A stretch of DNA of 64,000 bases from Bacillota bacterium (GTDB taxonomy: Bacteria; Bacillota; Sulfobacillia; RBS10-35; Bu92). This document shows, in pieces, positions 12,721-21,809 of the stretch. Where the stretch lies: the NCBI GenBank assembly GCA_014896375.1, contig JADBKN010000001.1:274-64273 (forward strand), written 5' to 3'. The translations under genes were made by a program, and so were the position numbers. The notes under the pieces are model-generated. The model saw nothing but the letters and a program-made list of their open reading frames with translations. It made no database searches and was not told the DNA's origin. Each line of letters begins with the position of its first letter. Positions within the stretch are counted from its first letter, which is position 1.

Positions 12721-13500
12721 ATGCTGGCGCAGAGTGGCGCCCGTAGGGGCGACCTGACCACGATCGTCGGCGCTGGAGCTGAGATCCGCGGCACCGTGGC
12801 CTGTCCGGGCCGTGGCCTGATGCGCATTGAAGGTCGCGTGGAAGGCGAGGTCGTCTCCGCCGGCCACGTGGAGGTGGCGGAGTCGGGTGAAGTCGCGGGC
12901 GTGATCCGCGCGCACGACCTCACCGTGTCTGGCGTGGTGCGGGGCGACGTGCACGTCTCGGGACGCTTGGAGCTGCGCGCCACGGCGCGGCTCTTCGGGC
13001 AGCACATCCGGATGCGGTCGCTGGTCGTGGCGGAGGGTGCCGTCTTCCAGGGCCGGTGCGAGATCGTGCGAGGGGCGGGGGATGCGGGAGCCGCGGAGGC
13101 GGCGGAGGCCGAGGGCGCGGCGGAGGCTGCGGCGGCGGCCGCGGCCGTGGGGGCGGCCGGGGCCGCGGACAGCGAGGATGCAGCGGAGGGTGCCGTGGCC
13201 TTCGGGTGGCCCGATCCAGCGGCGGATGGGGACGCCGCCCTAGCCCTGAACCGGGCGCAGGCCGGGGTGCAAAAAGGCCGGCCATCCGCCTTTGGGCTGG
13301 ACCGCGGCGAGGATGGGGACGCGGAGGCAGACGAGGGGCACGCCGAGCTGGAGGATGCGCCGCTTACCGGTGCGGCTCCGGTGGGCCACGACCGGCCGGC
13401 CGGTGCTCCGCGCGCCGCCCGCGGGGCACGCGCGGACACTCTTCGCGGGCCCGCGGCCGTGGACGGGCGCCGCGTGCTCTGGTCGCGGAAGCGGCCGTGA
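12721..13500 (+). CDS. Bactofilin (CcmA-like polymer-forming protein) with a long Ala/Glu/Asp-rich C-terminal tail
   Basis: Bactofilin beta-helical repeats (GAEIRGTV..GRVEGEV..GHVEV..GEVAGVI..LTVSGVVRGDVHVSGRLEL..). ATG at 12721 after GGAGGGGGTCGGGAG. About 130 aa low-complexity tail. Confidence 0.8.
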   Translation: MLAQSGARRGDLTTIVGAGAEIRGTVACPGRGLMRIEGRVEGEVVSAGHVEVAESGEVAGVIRAHDLTVSGVVRGDVHVSGRLELRATARLFGQHIRMRSLVVAEGAVFQGRCEIVRGAGDAGAAEAAEAEGAAEAAAAAAAVGAAGAADSEDAAEGAVAFGWPDPAADGDAALALNRAQAGVQKGRPSAFGLDRGEDGDAEADEGHAELEDAPLTGAAPVGHDRPAGAPRAARGARADTLRGPAAVDGRRVLWSRKRP

Positions 13501-13978
13501 GCCGTAGGCAGCGGGTAAGGCGCGTGCCGGCGCCACATGTGGCGGGCGCGGCAGGGCATGGTGAGCGGCCAGGCCGGCGACTGCGGTAGGCCCGCCGGCT
13601 GGCTGCGGCGCGGGGCGCGGCGGGGGCTTGCGCGTGGGCTTGGGTGCTGCGCGGGGCTGGCTGCGAGCGGGAGGCGGCCCTTTAAGTGCGGATCGGCCGC
13701 TATGGGCCTCGAGGGGCCTTAAACTCGTTGCAGGGGGGCGCTCGTGGAAGTCTAAGGTACCAAAAGCACTCAACGCTCCGGCTCATGCGACGGGCGCGTC
13801 GAAGGGGGTCGTCGCCGCCCCGCGCACCTCGGCCGCCGCGCCGTTCGCGCACACCCACCGCAGCCGCGCCGCAGCTGCGCCCCGCCACGGCGGCCGCGCC
13901 GTCACACCACAGCAGCCGCGCCACGCCAGCCGCGACCTCGACCGCGCCCGCCCAAGCCTCCCGCGCCGCTGCACGCGC

Positions 13979-14085
13979 TCACGCGCCGTCGCGCCGTCCC
14001 GTGCCGTCCCACGCCGTCCCGTTCAGCCCCGTGCCATCCCGTGCGGTCATGTGCCGTCCTCCGTGCGCCGTCACACTTCGTTGAA
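13979..14085. repeat. Degenerate tandem decamer array (~9 copies of CG(T/C)GCCGTCC(C)) in the non-coding region upstream of the apbE operon
   Basis: Read: cgcgccgtcg cgccgtcccg tgccgtccca cgccgtcccg ttcagccccg tgccatcccg tgcggtcatg tgccgtcctc cgtgcgccgt. Upstream (13830-13960) there are CAGCCGCGCC-type simple repeats. Confidence 0.5.
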
Positions 14086-14154
14086 AATTGCCGCGCATGA
14101 TGACGCTCAAATCGAGCGTGCGAACGTCGTGCGCTCGTGCGGAGGTGTCGCCGT

Positions 14155-14472
14155 ATGCCCACGACCGCGCCGGATGCCCCGCGTCCACGACGCGCGCGCC
14201 TGTACCGCTGGTTCGTCACGGCGGCGAGCGTGGTGGCCTTCGCGGGCTTGTCCGTCGACATGGCGGCGTCTGCACCGCCGCCGATGCCGGCCGCCCAGCC
14301 TTCGAGTCCCGGGCAGCTCGCCCCCGGCGGGGGCCTTCCCGACCGGCTCGGTTCCGACTTCGTCCGTCACCGGCGCCACCACTTCCGCGACTTGCCGGGC
14401 GGCCAGAGTGGCTCGCCGTTCCTCGCGCCCGGCCAGCAGGCGCCGGCCTTCGAGCCGACGGGGCCGTCATGA
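14155..14472 (+). CDS. Small membrane-anchored Pro-rich protein of unknown function, translationally coupled to apbE
   Basis: ATG at 14155 with a strong SD GGAGGTG at 8 nt spacing. One TM helix (LYRWFVTAASVVAFAGLSV) then a Pro/Gly-rich tail. Strong GC3 bias. The stop TGA overlaps the apbE ATG (ATGA). Confidence 0.4.
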   Translation: MPTTAPDAPRPRRARLYRWFVTAASVVAFAGLSVDMAASAPPPMPAAQPSSPGQLAPGGGLPDRLGSDFVRHRRHHFRDLPGGQSGSPFLAPGQQAPAFEPTGPS

Positions 14473-15458
14473 TCGCAACCTTCCGCGGTGCCGCGGCCTT
14501 GCCCGGTGTCGCCCTCTACACCTTCGGGGCGATGAACACCGAAGTGCGGGTGCTGGTGGCCGGGTCGCCGGACGATGCAGACCGCGCCGGACGTCTCGTG
14601 CAGACCGTCTTCCAGGCCTACGAAGTGAATCTCAGCCGCTTCCTGCCCTCAAGCGCGCTCACGCGCCTCAATCGAGACGGCGTGTTGGATCACCCACCGC
14701 GGCTGCTGGTGCGGGCGCTCCGTCGTGCGAGAACATGGCAGGCGCGCTTGCCCGGGTGGTTCGATCCCACCGTGCTGCCGGCCCTGGAGCGCGCGGGCTA
14801 CGATCGGTCGTTCGAGACACTGCGGGCGGCCGCCGAGCCAGCGGCGCCGCGTGGAGGTGGGGACGCGCCGCCCGGGGGTGAGGACGAGGATGAGGATGTG
14901 GATGTGGATGAGCATGTGACCTTGAGCGCCGGCGAGTGGCTGTTGGAGGCCGGGCCCCGGCGCGTGCGCCTGGCTCCGGGGGTGCGCGTCGACCTCGGCG
15001 GCATCGGCAAGGGACTGGCCGTGGACGACGCGCTCAAGGCGCTCGCCCGCGCCGGGTTCGCCGATGTGCTCGTGAATGCCGGCGGCGACATGCGCGCATG
15101 CGGCGGCCCGCCGGGGCTCGACGCCTGGCCGGCCGCCGTGCTGCACCCCCTTCTGCCGGGCCGCCCCTTGCGTGAGGTCCGGCTGCGCGACGCCGCTCTC
15201 GCGACCTCCTCCACGCTGAGGCGCCGCTGGGTCCGGCAGGGCGAGATGCGCCATCACCTCATCGATCCGCGCACCGGGCGGCCGGCGGCCTCGCCGTGGG
15301 TGTCGGTTACCGCGTGGGCACCGGATGCGGAGACGGCGGACGCCGCCGCGAAGGCCATGCTCATCGCCGGCCCCGGGGGTGCGGCGCGCGTGGCGGCCTT
15401 GCTTCCAGAAGCGCGGTTCCTCTGCGTGCGGGCGGATGGCGGGGTGGAGGAGTGGTGA
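14469..15458 (+). CDS. apbE: FAD:protein FMN transferase (ApbE family)
   Basis: DLGGIGKG motif, with AGGDMRACGGPPGLDAWPAAVLHP consistent with ApbE. ATG overlaps the upstream stop. Confidence 0.85.
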   Translation: MIATFRGAAALPGVALYTFGAMNTEVRVLVAGSPDDADRAGRLVQTVFQAYEVNLSRFLPSSALTRLNRDGVLDHPPRLLVRALRRARTWQARLPGWFDPTVLPALERAGYDRSFETLRAAAEPAAPRGGGDAPPGGEDEDEDVDVDEHVTLSAGEWLLEAGPRRVRLAPGVRVDLGGIGKGLAVDDALKALARAGFADVLVNAGGDMRACGGPPGLDAWPAAVLHPLLPGRPLREVRLRDAALATSSTLRRRWVRQGEMRHHLIDPRTGRPAASPWVSVTAWAPDAETADAAAKAMLIAGPGGAARVAALLPEARFLCVRADGGVEEW

Positions 15459-15460
15459 AC

Positions 15461-16012
15461 GTGACGCTGCCGCCGGCCCTCTTCAGCAACCAGTTCTTCT
15501 GGTTTGTCACGCGCGCCTCAGGCGTTCTCGCCCTGGCGCTTCTCTTGCTGTCCGCGGTGTGGGGCGTCGCGATTCGGGCCGGGCACTGGGACCGTTGGAT
15601 GGCGCGCTGGGACGTGCAGGATCTGCATCGCTACGTCTCTTGGCTGGCGTGCGGATTCCTCCTGATTCACGTGACGGCGCTGTTGGGCGACCGCTTTGTG
15701 GGCTTCGGCCTGGCGGACCTCCTCGTGCCCTTCCACTCCTCCTACGCCGAGCCTTACACCGGGTTGGGCGTGGTGGCGCTGTATCTTTTGGTGGCGGTCA
15801 TGGTCACGTCGTACCTCACGCGCGCACTGCGCTACCGGCAGTGGCTGGCCTGGCACCGCCTATCGTACGTGGTGGTGCTGCTCGTCCTCCTCCACGCGCT
15901 CGGCACCGGTACCGACCGCTTCAAGTGGTGGATGCTGGCCGTCTGCGCGATCGGGGCCGCGTCGCTGGCGGCGGGCTGGCGCGCGAGGCGCTCTTGGGCC
16001 AAGAAGACGTGA
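15461..16012 (+). CDS. Ferric-reductase-like / MsrQ-like heme-binding transmembrane protein
   Basis: 5 predicted TM helices with conserved His in TM2 and TM4 (LLIHVTALLG, LLVLLHALGTG). GTG start 2-3 nt after the apbE stop, after GGAGGAG. The start could be 15452, 15455 or 15461. Confidence 0.55.
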   Translation: MTLPPALFSNQFFWFVTRASGVLALALLLLSAVWGVAIRAGHWDRWMARWDVQDLHRYVSWLACGFLLIHVTALLGDRFVGFGLADLLVPFHSSYAEPYTGLGVVALYLLVAVMVTSYLTRALRYRQWLAWHRLSYVVVLLVLLHALGTGTDRFKWWMLAVCAIGAASLAAGWRARRSWAKKT

Positions 16013-16025
16013 GCACAGAGCGGAG

Positions 16026-16523
16026 TCACTGGCTGGGACTCGTACCGCGCGCGAAAGCGTAGGACGCCTGCACGATGGTCCAAACCACCTCCAGCTCCTC
16101 CTCGTCCCGCGGTCCGTAGACCATCATGGCCGTGGGCGGCAGCCAACCTCGGCGCGCGACCGGATGCAACTCGCCCCAACCCTTGGCGGCCACCACGCGG
16201 GCTGTGGCTTCGGGCAGCATGAGATGCAGGCTCCCGTCATAGGGCGGGTGCAGGTGGGCAAACTCCCGGCCGATCATGAACGCCTCCGGTGGTCCGGCCG
16301 CCAGCCCCTCATCGAGGATGAAGGCCCGGGCTCCCGGGACGGAGATCCCGCTGGGACCGACGCGCACCCCGGGCAGGGCCCGGGCCTGCTCAAATAGAGC
16401 CTCCTGCAACCAGGGAGGAGCGTTCTGGTCCAGCTGCTGATGGGGGTTCGTCCGGGTGGTCCGCGGCCGTGGACCCCGACGTTCGGGTAAGGACTCGATC
16501 GCCGAGAAGGAAACCGTCATCAC
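16026..16523 (-). CDS. Conserved hypothetical protein (HxxDGSxH motif; possibly the luciferase-like small domain family)
   Basis: 165 aa ORF with strong codon bias. Motif EFAHLHPPYDGSLHLMLP. Family assignment is tentative. Confidence 0.45.
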   Translation of the reverse strand: MMTVSFSAIESLPERRGPRPRTTRTNPHQQLDQNAPPWLQEALFEQARALPGVRVGPSGISVPGARAFILDEGLAAGPPEAFMIGREFAHLHPPYDGSLHLMLPEATARVVAAKGWGELHPVARRGWLPPTAMMVYGPRDEEELEVVWTIVQASYAFARGTSPSQ

Positions 16524-16558
16524 CGAACCTCCGCATCCACTCCACCGCGATATCGGTT

Positions 16559-17209
16559 TCAGTCGCTGGTGACGGCTCGTTCGACGGCCGCCCGCAGCCG
16601 CTCATAGGGGAGAGCGCCAGAAATCCGCCACCGGTTTTGCAAGACCAGGGCGGGTACGGCATAGATTGCCCAGAGCGCCGCCAATTGCCGGTCTGCGGCA
16701 AGTATTTCCCGGGCTTGCGGCCCGTCCATCGTCTCGGCAAAGAGGCCCAGGTCGAAGCCGCACTCCTGGGCGATGTCCAACAAGGTGTCCCGGTCGGCGA
16801 TGTCGCGGCACTCGGTCAAGTGGGCCTGCTGGACGCGCTGGAAATACCGCCCATGTCCCTCGTTGCCCTCCAGGATCTGGGCCGCAGCACACGCGAGGAG
16901 ACCCGGGGTCGAATGGGGGTACGGGAAGGGCCGCTGGGCCATGAGATCGGGGCGAATCCGCCCCTCCTCATCGTCGTGGGCCGCCGCCTGTTGCCAGTGA
17001 CCCAGGATCTCCCGTTTCGCCTCCTCCCGGGAGCCGAACATGCGCACCAGGTCGTCTGGTTCCGGTGCGAGGGCAAACGTGTGGTGGCGCAGGTCGACCT
17101 CCACACCCCGATCCTGCAGCTCCCCAACCAAGCGCTCCAGCCGCGGCGACAGGACATAACACCAGGCGCACAGCACGTCGTGAAAGAAGTCGATCCGTAA
17201 CGTGGCCAT
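16559..17209 (-). CDS. DsbA-family thiol:disulfide oxidoreductase (FrnE / 2-hydroxychromene-2-carboxylate isomerase-like)
   Basis: CxxC motif in DVLCAWCYVLSP, 216 aa. ATG at 17207-17209 preceded by AGGAGG. The upstream part of the ORF to 17458 is not coding. Confidence 0.8.
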   Translation of the reverse strand: MATLRIDFFHDVLCAWCYVLSPRLERLVGELQDRGVEVDLRHHTFALAPEPDDLVRMFGSREEAKREILGHWQQAAAHDDEEGRIRPDLMAQRPFPYPHSTPGLLACAAAQILEGNEGHGRYFQRVQQAHLTECRDIADRDTLLDIAQECGFDLGLFAETMDGPQAREILAADRQLAALWAIYAVPALVLQNRWRISGALPYERLRAAVERAVTSD

Positions 17210-17573
17210 CTCGGTCTGCCTCCTGAACCGGAGCGGTGAGGGTCGCACCGGCGACTCGCTGGCCGCTCGACGCGATGACCACTCATCCGCGGGCAGCCGG
17301 CGCCAGAACTGCGGCCCTCTCTTGAGCCAGCGGCGGCCTGCAGTCGTCTTCTTCCTCCCAGACCGCCTCACCGGTGGTGGGATCCCAACGGGCACCTTCC
17401 AGCGCCCGGGTAAGAGCAGGGCCGAAGGGTTGGAGGGGACGAAGAGCGCCCTCCGCAAGTCGCACCTGTAGCTCCGGCAAGGGTCGAGTCAACCCCCTTT
17501 TCGGGTTGGAAGGTCCCCCTATGCGTGATCCGCCCACGGTGTCACCTGAACCCAATTCCGTCAGAAGCTCCGG

Positions 17574-18368
17574 TCAATCCACGAAAGGCCCGTAGAAGCG
17601 GATGGCCTCATGCTGGCGCGGGCCGGCGATCCACGCCGCGCGCGCCGGATCAACGGCACGCAGCTCCACGGACGGTTCATCCCTCACCACGGCCACCGAC
17701 TGCCGATGGACCAGCTGGTCACCCAGGCTGACCGCGCCCTCCAGCACGTAGAGGATCCCGGTCCAGTCTGCCGGCAGTTCCTCCCGCCAGGTGGCGCCGC
17801 CCGCCCACTGCACGTCCACGTAGCGGATCGGCGTGTGCAACAGCACCGCTCCTCCTTCGCCCCCGATCACGCGCACGCGGCCCCCGGCAAAAGTATGCTC
17901 CGGCACGTCGGCGGCCTCCCGGGCCTCCGCTTCCGGAGACAGGCCCTTGAGACGCCGTGGGAGGTTGACCCAGAGCTGCAAGCCGCGGGTGAGGCGATCA
18001 CCCAACGGATACTCGGAGTGGGTGACGCCTCGCCCGCAGGTGATGCGCATCACGCCGCCGCTGCGGCAGGCGACTTCCAGACCCGTGCTGTCGCGGTGGG
18101 CGAAACCGCCCTGCACCATGTAGGTGATGATCTCGAAGCCGCGGTGCGGGTGTTCGGGAAAGCTGGCGTCCGGTGGCACATGGAAGTCGTCGATGAGGAC
18201 GAAGGGATCCGTCTCCGGCCAGGCGAGGAGGTCGGTCGGAAAGGCACGCGCCATGACGGCGCCGATGCCCTCAGGGGTCCTACGTGCAGGATAGACGTTG
18301 ATCACGAGAGCAGTCCCTCCTCGGCGATCTTGTCCCTGCCGGCGCGACGCATCCGGAACGCTCCGCAT
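17574..18368 (-). CDS. Pirin family protein (bicupin)
   Basis: HPHRGFEI pirin metal-binding motif at about residue 73, two cupin halves. ATG at 18368. An alternative ATG at 18254 is possible. Confidence 0.8.
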   Translation of the reverse strand: MRSVPDASRRQGQDRRGGTALVINVYPARRTPEGIGAVMARAFPTDLLAWPETDPFVLIDDFHVPPDASFPEHPHRGFEIITYMVQGGFAHRDSTGLEVACRSGGVMRITCGRGVTHSEYPLGDRLTRGLQLWVNLPRRLKGLSPEAEAREAADVPEHTFAGGRVRVIGGEGGAVLLHTPIRYVDVQWAGGATWREELPADWTGILYVLEGAVSLGDQLVHRQSVAVVRDEPSVELRAVDPARAAWIAGPRQHEAIRFYGPFVD

Positions 18369-18407
18369 AAGGCGGGCCGTGCGCGCCGCTGCAACCTTGC
18401 CGTCGAC

Positions 18408-18782
18408 TCACCACTTCCAGCTGGGCACGGCCAAGAGCATGACCAGCGCTGCGGCCAGAGCGAAGTTCTTCAGAAAGTTGGCCATCTGGTTGGTCTTGGA
18501 CATCGGATCTTCCTCGACCCAGAAGTTGTGCATCAGGACAGCTGCAGCCACAAGGAACAGCGCCGTGACGCCGATGCCCCACGGCACGAGGAAGCCGAAG
18601 AGGATCGAGACGCCGCCGAAGAGGAGCATAAGTCCGGTCACGACCACGGCGAGCCCAGGCGCCGGCACCTTCTTGTACCGCGTGTACTCGGTCATCATCT
18701 TCAAGTTGGAAAAGTGGTTCACCCCGTTGAACAAGAGATACAGGGCGAGCACCACCCTGGCTACGTCGACCGCGATCTGCAT
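18408..18782 (-). CDS. DoxX family membrane protein
   Basis: 124 aa, 4 TM (LYLLFNGVNHF..., LVAAAVLMHNFW). GGAGGA SD 10 nt before the ATG at 18782. Divergent from hxlR, which is a classic pairing. Confidence 0.8.
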   Translation of the reverse strand: MQIAVDVARVVLALYLLFNGVNHFSNLKMMTEYTRYKKVPAPGLAVVVTGLMLLFGGVSILFGFLVPWGIGVTALFLVAAAVLMHNFWVEEDPMSKTNQMANFLKNFALAAALVMLLAVPSWKW

Positions 18783-18920
18783 CGCCGCCATTCCTCCTTT
18801 AAGGGTTTTGGGTGCGGCGCTCCGGCCGCCCCGTGCTACTATATTAATGCAAGCGACTATGCATGTGCAATTACAGGATATGCGGTGGCCGCACGGGTGA
18901 CGACAGGCGGAGGAGGTACA

Positions 18921-19316
18921 ATGCCTGTAGCAACAAAAACGGAGGCGATGCGGGTGGAAGTGTGCCCGCTGGCACGCACGGCCGCGTTGATCGGCGACGT
19001 CTACGTCCTTCTCATCCTCCGCGACCTGGCCGCCGGGCCGCAGCGGTTCACGTCGCTGGCGCGGTCGGTGGGTGTGAACCCGCGCACGCTCAGCAACCGG
19101 TTGCGGCGCATGGAGAGGGAGGGCCTCGTGGCGCGCCGCCACTACGCTGAGATCCCGCCGCGGGTGGAATACTCCCTGACGGACAAGGGGGAGTCCCTTT
19201 TGCCCATCCTCCACATGATGCGTCTCTGGGGCGAGCAATGGTTGATGGGCGGGACGCCTCGCCGTAAGCGCACGGCGCAGGGCTCCGCGGCGCTCGAAAC
19301 GCCCGCGGGCGCTTAG
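18921..19316 (+). CDS. HxlR-family winged-helix transcriptional regulator
   Basis: CPLARTAALIGDVYVLLILRDLAAGPQRFTSLARSVGVNPRTLSNRLRRMEREGLVARR.YAEIPPRVEYSLTDKG is the canonical HxlR fold. ATG at 18921 after GGAGGAGG. Confidence 0.85.
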   Translation: MPVATKTEAMRVEVCPLARTAALIGDVYVLLILRDLAAGPQRFTSLARSVGVNPRTLSNRLRRMEREGLVARRHYAEIPPRVEYSLTDKGESLLPILHMMRLWGEQWLMGGTPRRKRTAQGSAALETPAGA

Positions 19317-19465
19317 CGGCCTTCTAAGGCGGATGTCGAGCCGGATGTGAGGATCGCCCTGGCTCGGGCGGATCGTGACGGTTCCCGTGCCCCTGGCCGC
19401 CATTGGGCGGAAGGCGTCACGGCGGCGACGGTCGAACATCAACGGCAATCACCAGCCACCGGTGG

Positions 19466-20200
19466 ATGAGGGCGGGGGGAAAGCCGTTGACGACGGCGGA
19501 AGCGCGTGGCGCCGCGGCCGGCGTGGCCGTAGCCGCCCGCGGCGTCTCGAAAGCCTACCACCGAGGCGGGGAGACCATCTGGGCCCTGCGCCGCCTGGAT
19601 CTCGATGTCCCCGAAGGCGCCTTTCTGGCCGTGACCGGCCCTTCCGGCTGCGGCAAGACGACGCTCCTCTCGGTGCTCGGCACGTTGGAGCGGCCCACAT
19701 TCGGCGACGTCTTCATCGACGGGCAACGGGTGACGGGCCTTAGCGAGGACCGGCTGGCCGAGGTGCGCCGTAAGAAGATCGGCTTCGTCTTCCAGACCTT
19801 CTACCTCATCGACTACCTCACGGCACTTGAAAACGTGGCCGTGGCGCTGCGCTTTCAGGGGTTGTCGAAACGGGCGCAGCGGGAGCGGGCGCAGGAGCTT
19901 CTGGAGCTCGTGGGCCTGGGCGACCGCATCCACCACCTGCCGCGGGAACTCTCCGGCGGCCAGCAGCAGCGCGTGGCCATCGCACGGGCGCTGGCGGCGG
20001 AGCCGAAGGTGATCCTCGCCGACGAGCCCACCGGGAACCTGGACCAGTCCTCCACCGCCCAGATCCTGAAAGTCTTCGAAAAGATCCATGCGGCGGGCCA
20101 GACGCTCGTCGTGGTGACGCACGACGCGCGCGTGGCCGACGCGGCCGAGCACCGCCTGCGCCTCCTGGACGGCGCTGTGGTGGACAGCACACTGGAGTAG
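19466..20200 (+). CDS. ABC transporter ATP-binding protein (FtsE/LolD/MacB-ATPase-like)
   Basis: Walker [11 protein letters not shown]-loop, signature [15 protein letters not shown], Walker [13 protein letters not shown]-loop VVVTHD. Start is either ATG at 19466 or TTG at 19487. Confidence 0.85.
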   Translation: MRAGGKPLTTAEARGAAAGVAVAARGVSKAYHRGGETIWALRRLDLDVPEGAFLAVTGPSGCGKTTLLSVLGTLERPTFGDVFIDGQRVTGLSEDRLAEVRRKKIGFVFQTFYLIDYLTALENVAVALRFQGLSKRAQRERAQELLELVGLGDRIHHLPRELSGGQQQRVAIARALAAEPKVILADEPTGNLDQSSTAQILKVFEKIHAAGQTLVVVTHDARVADAAEHRLRLLDGAVVDSTLE

Positions 20201-20210
20201 GGGGCGGGAC

Positions 20211-21809
20211 GTGCTCTGGGACCTGGGACTTCTCCACGTCCGCCGCCAGCGCCAGCGCCACATGCTGGCCGTCATGAGCGCGGCCGTGGCGATGATCATG
20301 CTGCTCGTCTCCACCGTGCTGTCCCAGGGCACGGTGGCCTGGGTGGCGGGTGCGGAGCGGGCCTTCCTGGGCGGCGATATCCTCGTGCTTCCCCAGGTGC
20401 TGGCCGTGCCGGGCATGCACCCACGAGCGGACGCGCAGTGGCGGTGGACGTCGTGGTCGTGGGACGAGCCGGGTCCGCTCGCCTTCTTCATGCCCTGGAT
20501 CTTCACGCAGGGCGCCGTCGTCCAGCCGGGCGGCTCCGCGCAGCCGGAGAGCGCCGCGCAACCAGGCGGCGCGCCGCTCAAGGCGCTGGAGGCGGAGATC
20601 GCACGCCAGGCGAACGTCCGCGCCATCTACCCCTACTACGCGATGCCGGCCCTCTGGACCGTGAACGGCCGGACGGTGCGCGTGTGGCTGCACGCGCGCG
20701 TCCCGGAACTCGACGCGGCGAGCGGCTGGAACCGCTACCTCTCCGCCGGCCGGCCGCTCTCCGCGGCCGCGGACTTCACGGCGCTCGTCGACGGCTACCG
20801 GCACCGGCTGGAGAGCGACGCGGCGAAGGCGTACGGCTACGACCGCTACAACGGCCGGTGGCTCGTGGCGCCGGACGGGGACCCGACCATCGTGGACTGG
20901 CCCGTGCCGCCTCTGGGCTCCGACATCCGCCTGCAGGTGCCGCGCGCCGGCACGGCCGGCTTCGACTTCACCCGCCTGGAGGACGTGACGCTCACCGTGC
21001 GCGGCCTCTACCAGCTGGAGGACGGCATCTACGACTGGACCACCCACGGCGTCACGAACCAGGGCTACACGCCAGGCATCTACCGCGACCTGAAATGCTC
21101 GCCCTGCATGTGGACGAAGGAACCGGCCGTCTGGTCGACGACGAACATCGAGGTCTCCCTGGCCACGCTGCGCGCCGTGGCGGCGAAAGTCGGCGCGCAC
21201 CTGGAGCCGCAGGCGCTGCTCGTGCAGGTGAAGGATCCGGCGTCTCTCCACCGGACCGTCGACGCGCTGCGGGACGCGCTGCCCGCCACCGTGCTCTCCG
21301 TGCCGGAGATGGCGCAGGAGCACGCGTTGGACTTCATCCCGAGCGTGGCCACGCCCCACGACGATCTGAGCCTCCTGCACCGTGTGGGCATGGATCCGCC
21401 GCCCCTGGACGCGCCGCCGCCCGCGTGGATGCGCTCCACGCTTCTGGGGTTGGGACTGGCCATGACGGCGCTGCTCTTCTTCGCCAACGTCTTCGTCCTT
21501 CTCTACACGCGGCAGAAGGAGTTCGCGACCTTCAGAGTGCTCGGCGCGCGCCGCAGTCAGCTCCTCAGCCTCGTCGCCGCCGAGGTGTTCGCCGTGTCCT
21601 TCGCCGGCGCGGTCTTGGGCGGGCTCGTGATGCTGCCGATGACGTCCTACCAGGTGGGCACGGCGCACGGTTGGACGGCCGTCTTCACGCAATTGGCGTA
21701 CGTGATGGAGCTGGGGTTTGTGGTCTCCCTGGCGAGCGCCACGGCCGGCGTGCTCTTCGGCGTCATCGTCGTCCGCCGCTCGCCGTGGGGGGTGCTGAAG
21801 AGTGACTGA
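20211..21809 (+). CDS. ABC transporter permease, FtsX-like (MacB-type, large extracytoplasmic domain)
   Basis: N-terminal TM, about 400 aa periplasmic domain, C-terminal FtsX 3-TM module ([28 protein letters not shown]). GTG at 20211. Confidence 0.75.
   Translation: MLWDLGLLHVRRQRQRHMLAVMSAAVAMIMLLVSTVLSQGTVAWVAGAERAFLGGDILVLPQVLAVPGMHPRADAQWRWTSWSWDEPGPLAFFMPWIFTQGAVVQPGGSAQPESAAQPGGAPLKALEAEIARQANVRAIYPYYAMPALWTVNGRTVRVWLHARVPELDAASGWNRYLSAGRPLSAAADFTALVDGYRHRLESDAAKAYGYDRYNGRWLVAPDGDPTIVDWPVPPLGSDIRLQVPRAGTAGFDFTRLEDVTLTVRGLYQLEDGIYDWTTHGVTNQGYTPGIYRDLKCSPCMWTKEPAVWSTTNIEVSLATLRAVAAKVGAHLEPQALLVQVKDPASLHRTVDALRDALPATVLSVPEMAQEHALDFIPSVATPHDDLSLLHRVGMDPPPLDAPPPAWMRSTLLGLGLAMTALLFFANVFVLLYTRQKEFATFRVLGARRSQLLSLVAAEVFAVSFAGAVLGGLVMLPMTSYQVGTAHGWTAVFTQLAYVMELGFVVSLASATAGVLFGVIVVRRSPWGVLKSD

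Noticed and set aside
13628-14881. 417-aa plus-strand ORF across the repeat region and into apbE
   Set aside because: It runs through the simple-repeat DNA in a frame different from apbE. Its Arg/Pro/Ala-rich translation has no codon-bias support, and apbE and the small upstream gene explain the region.
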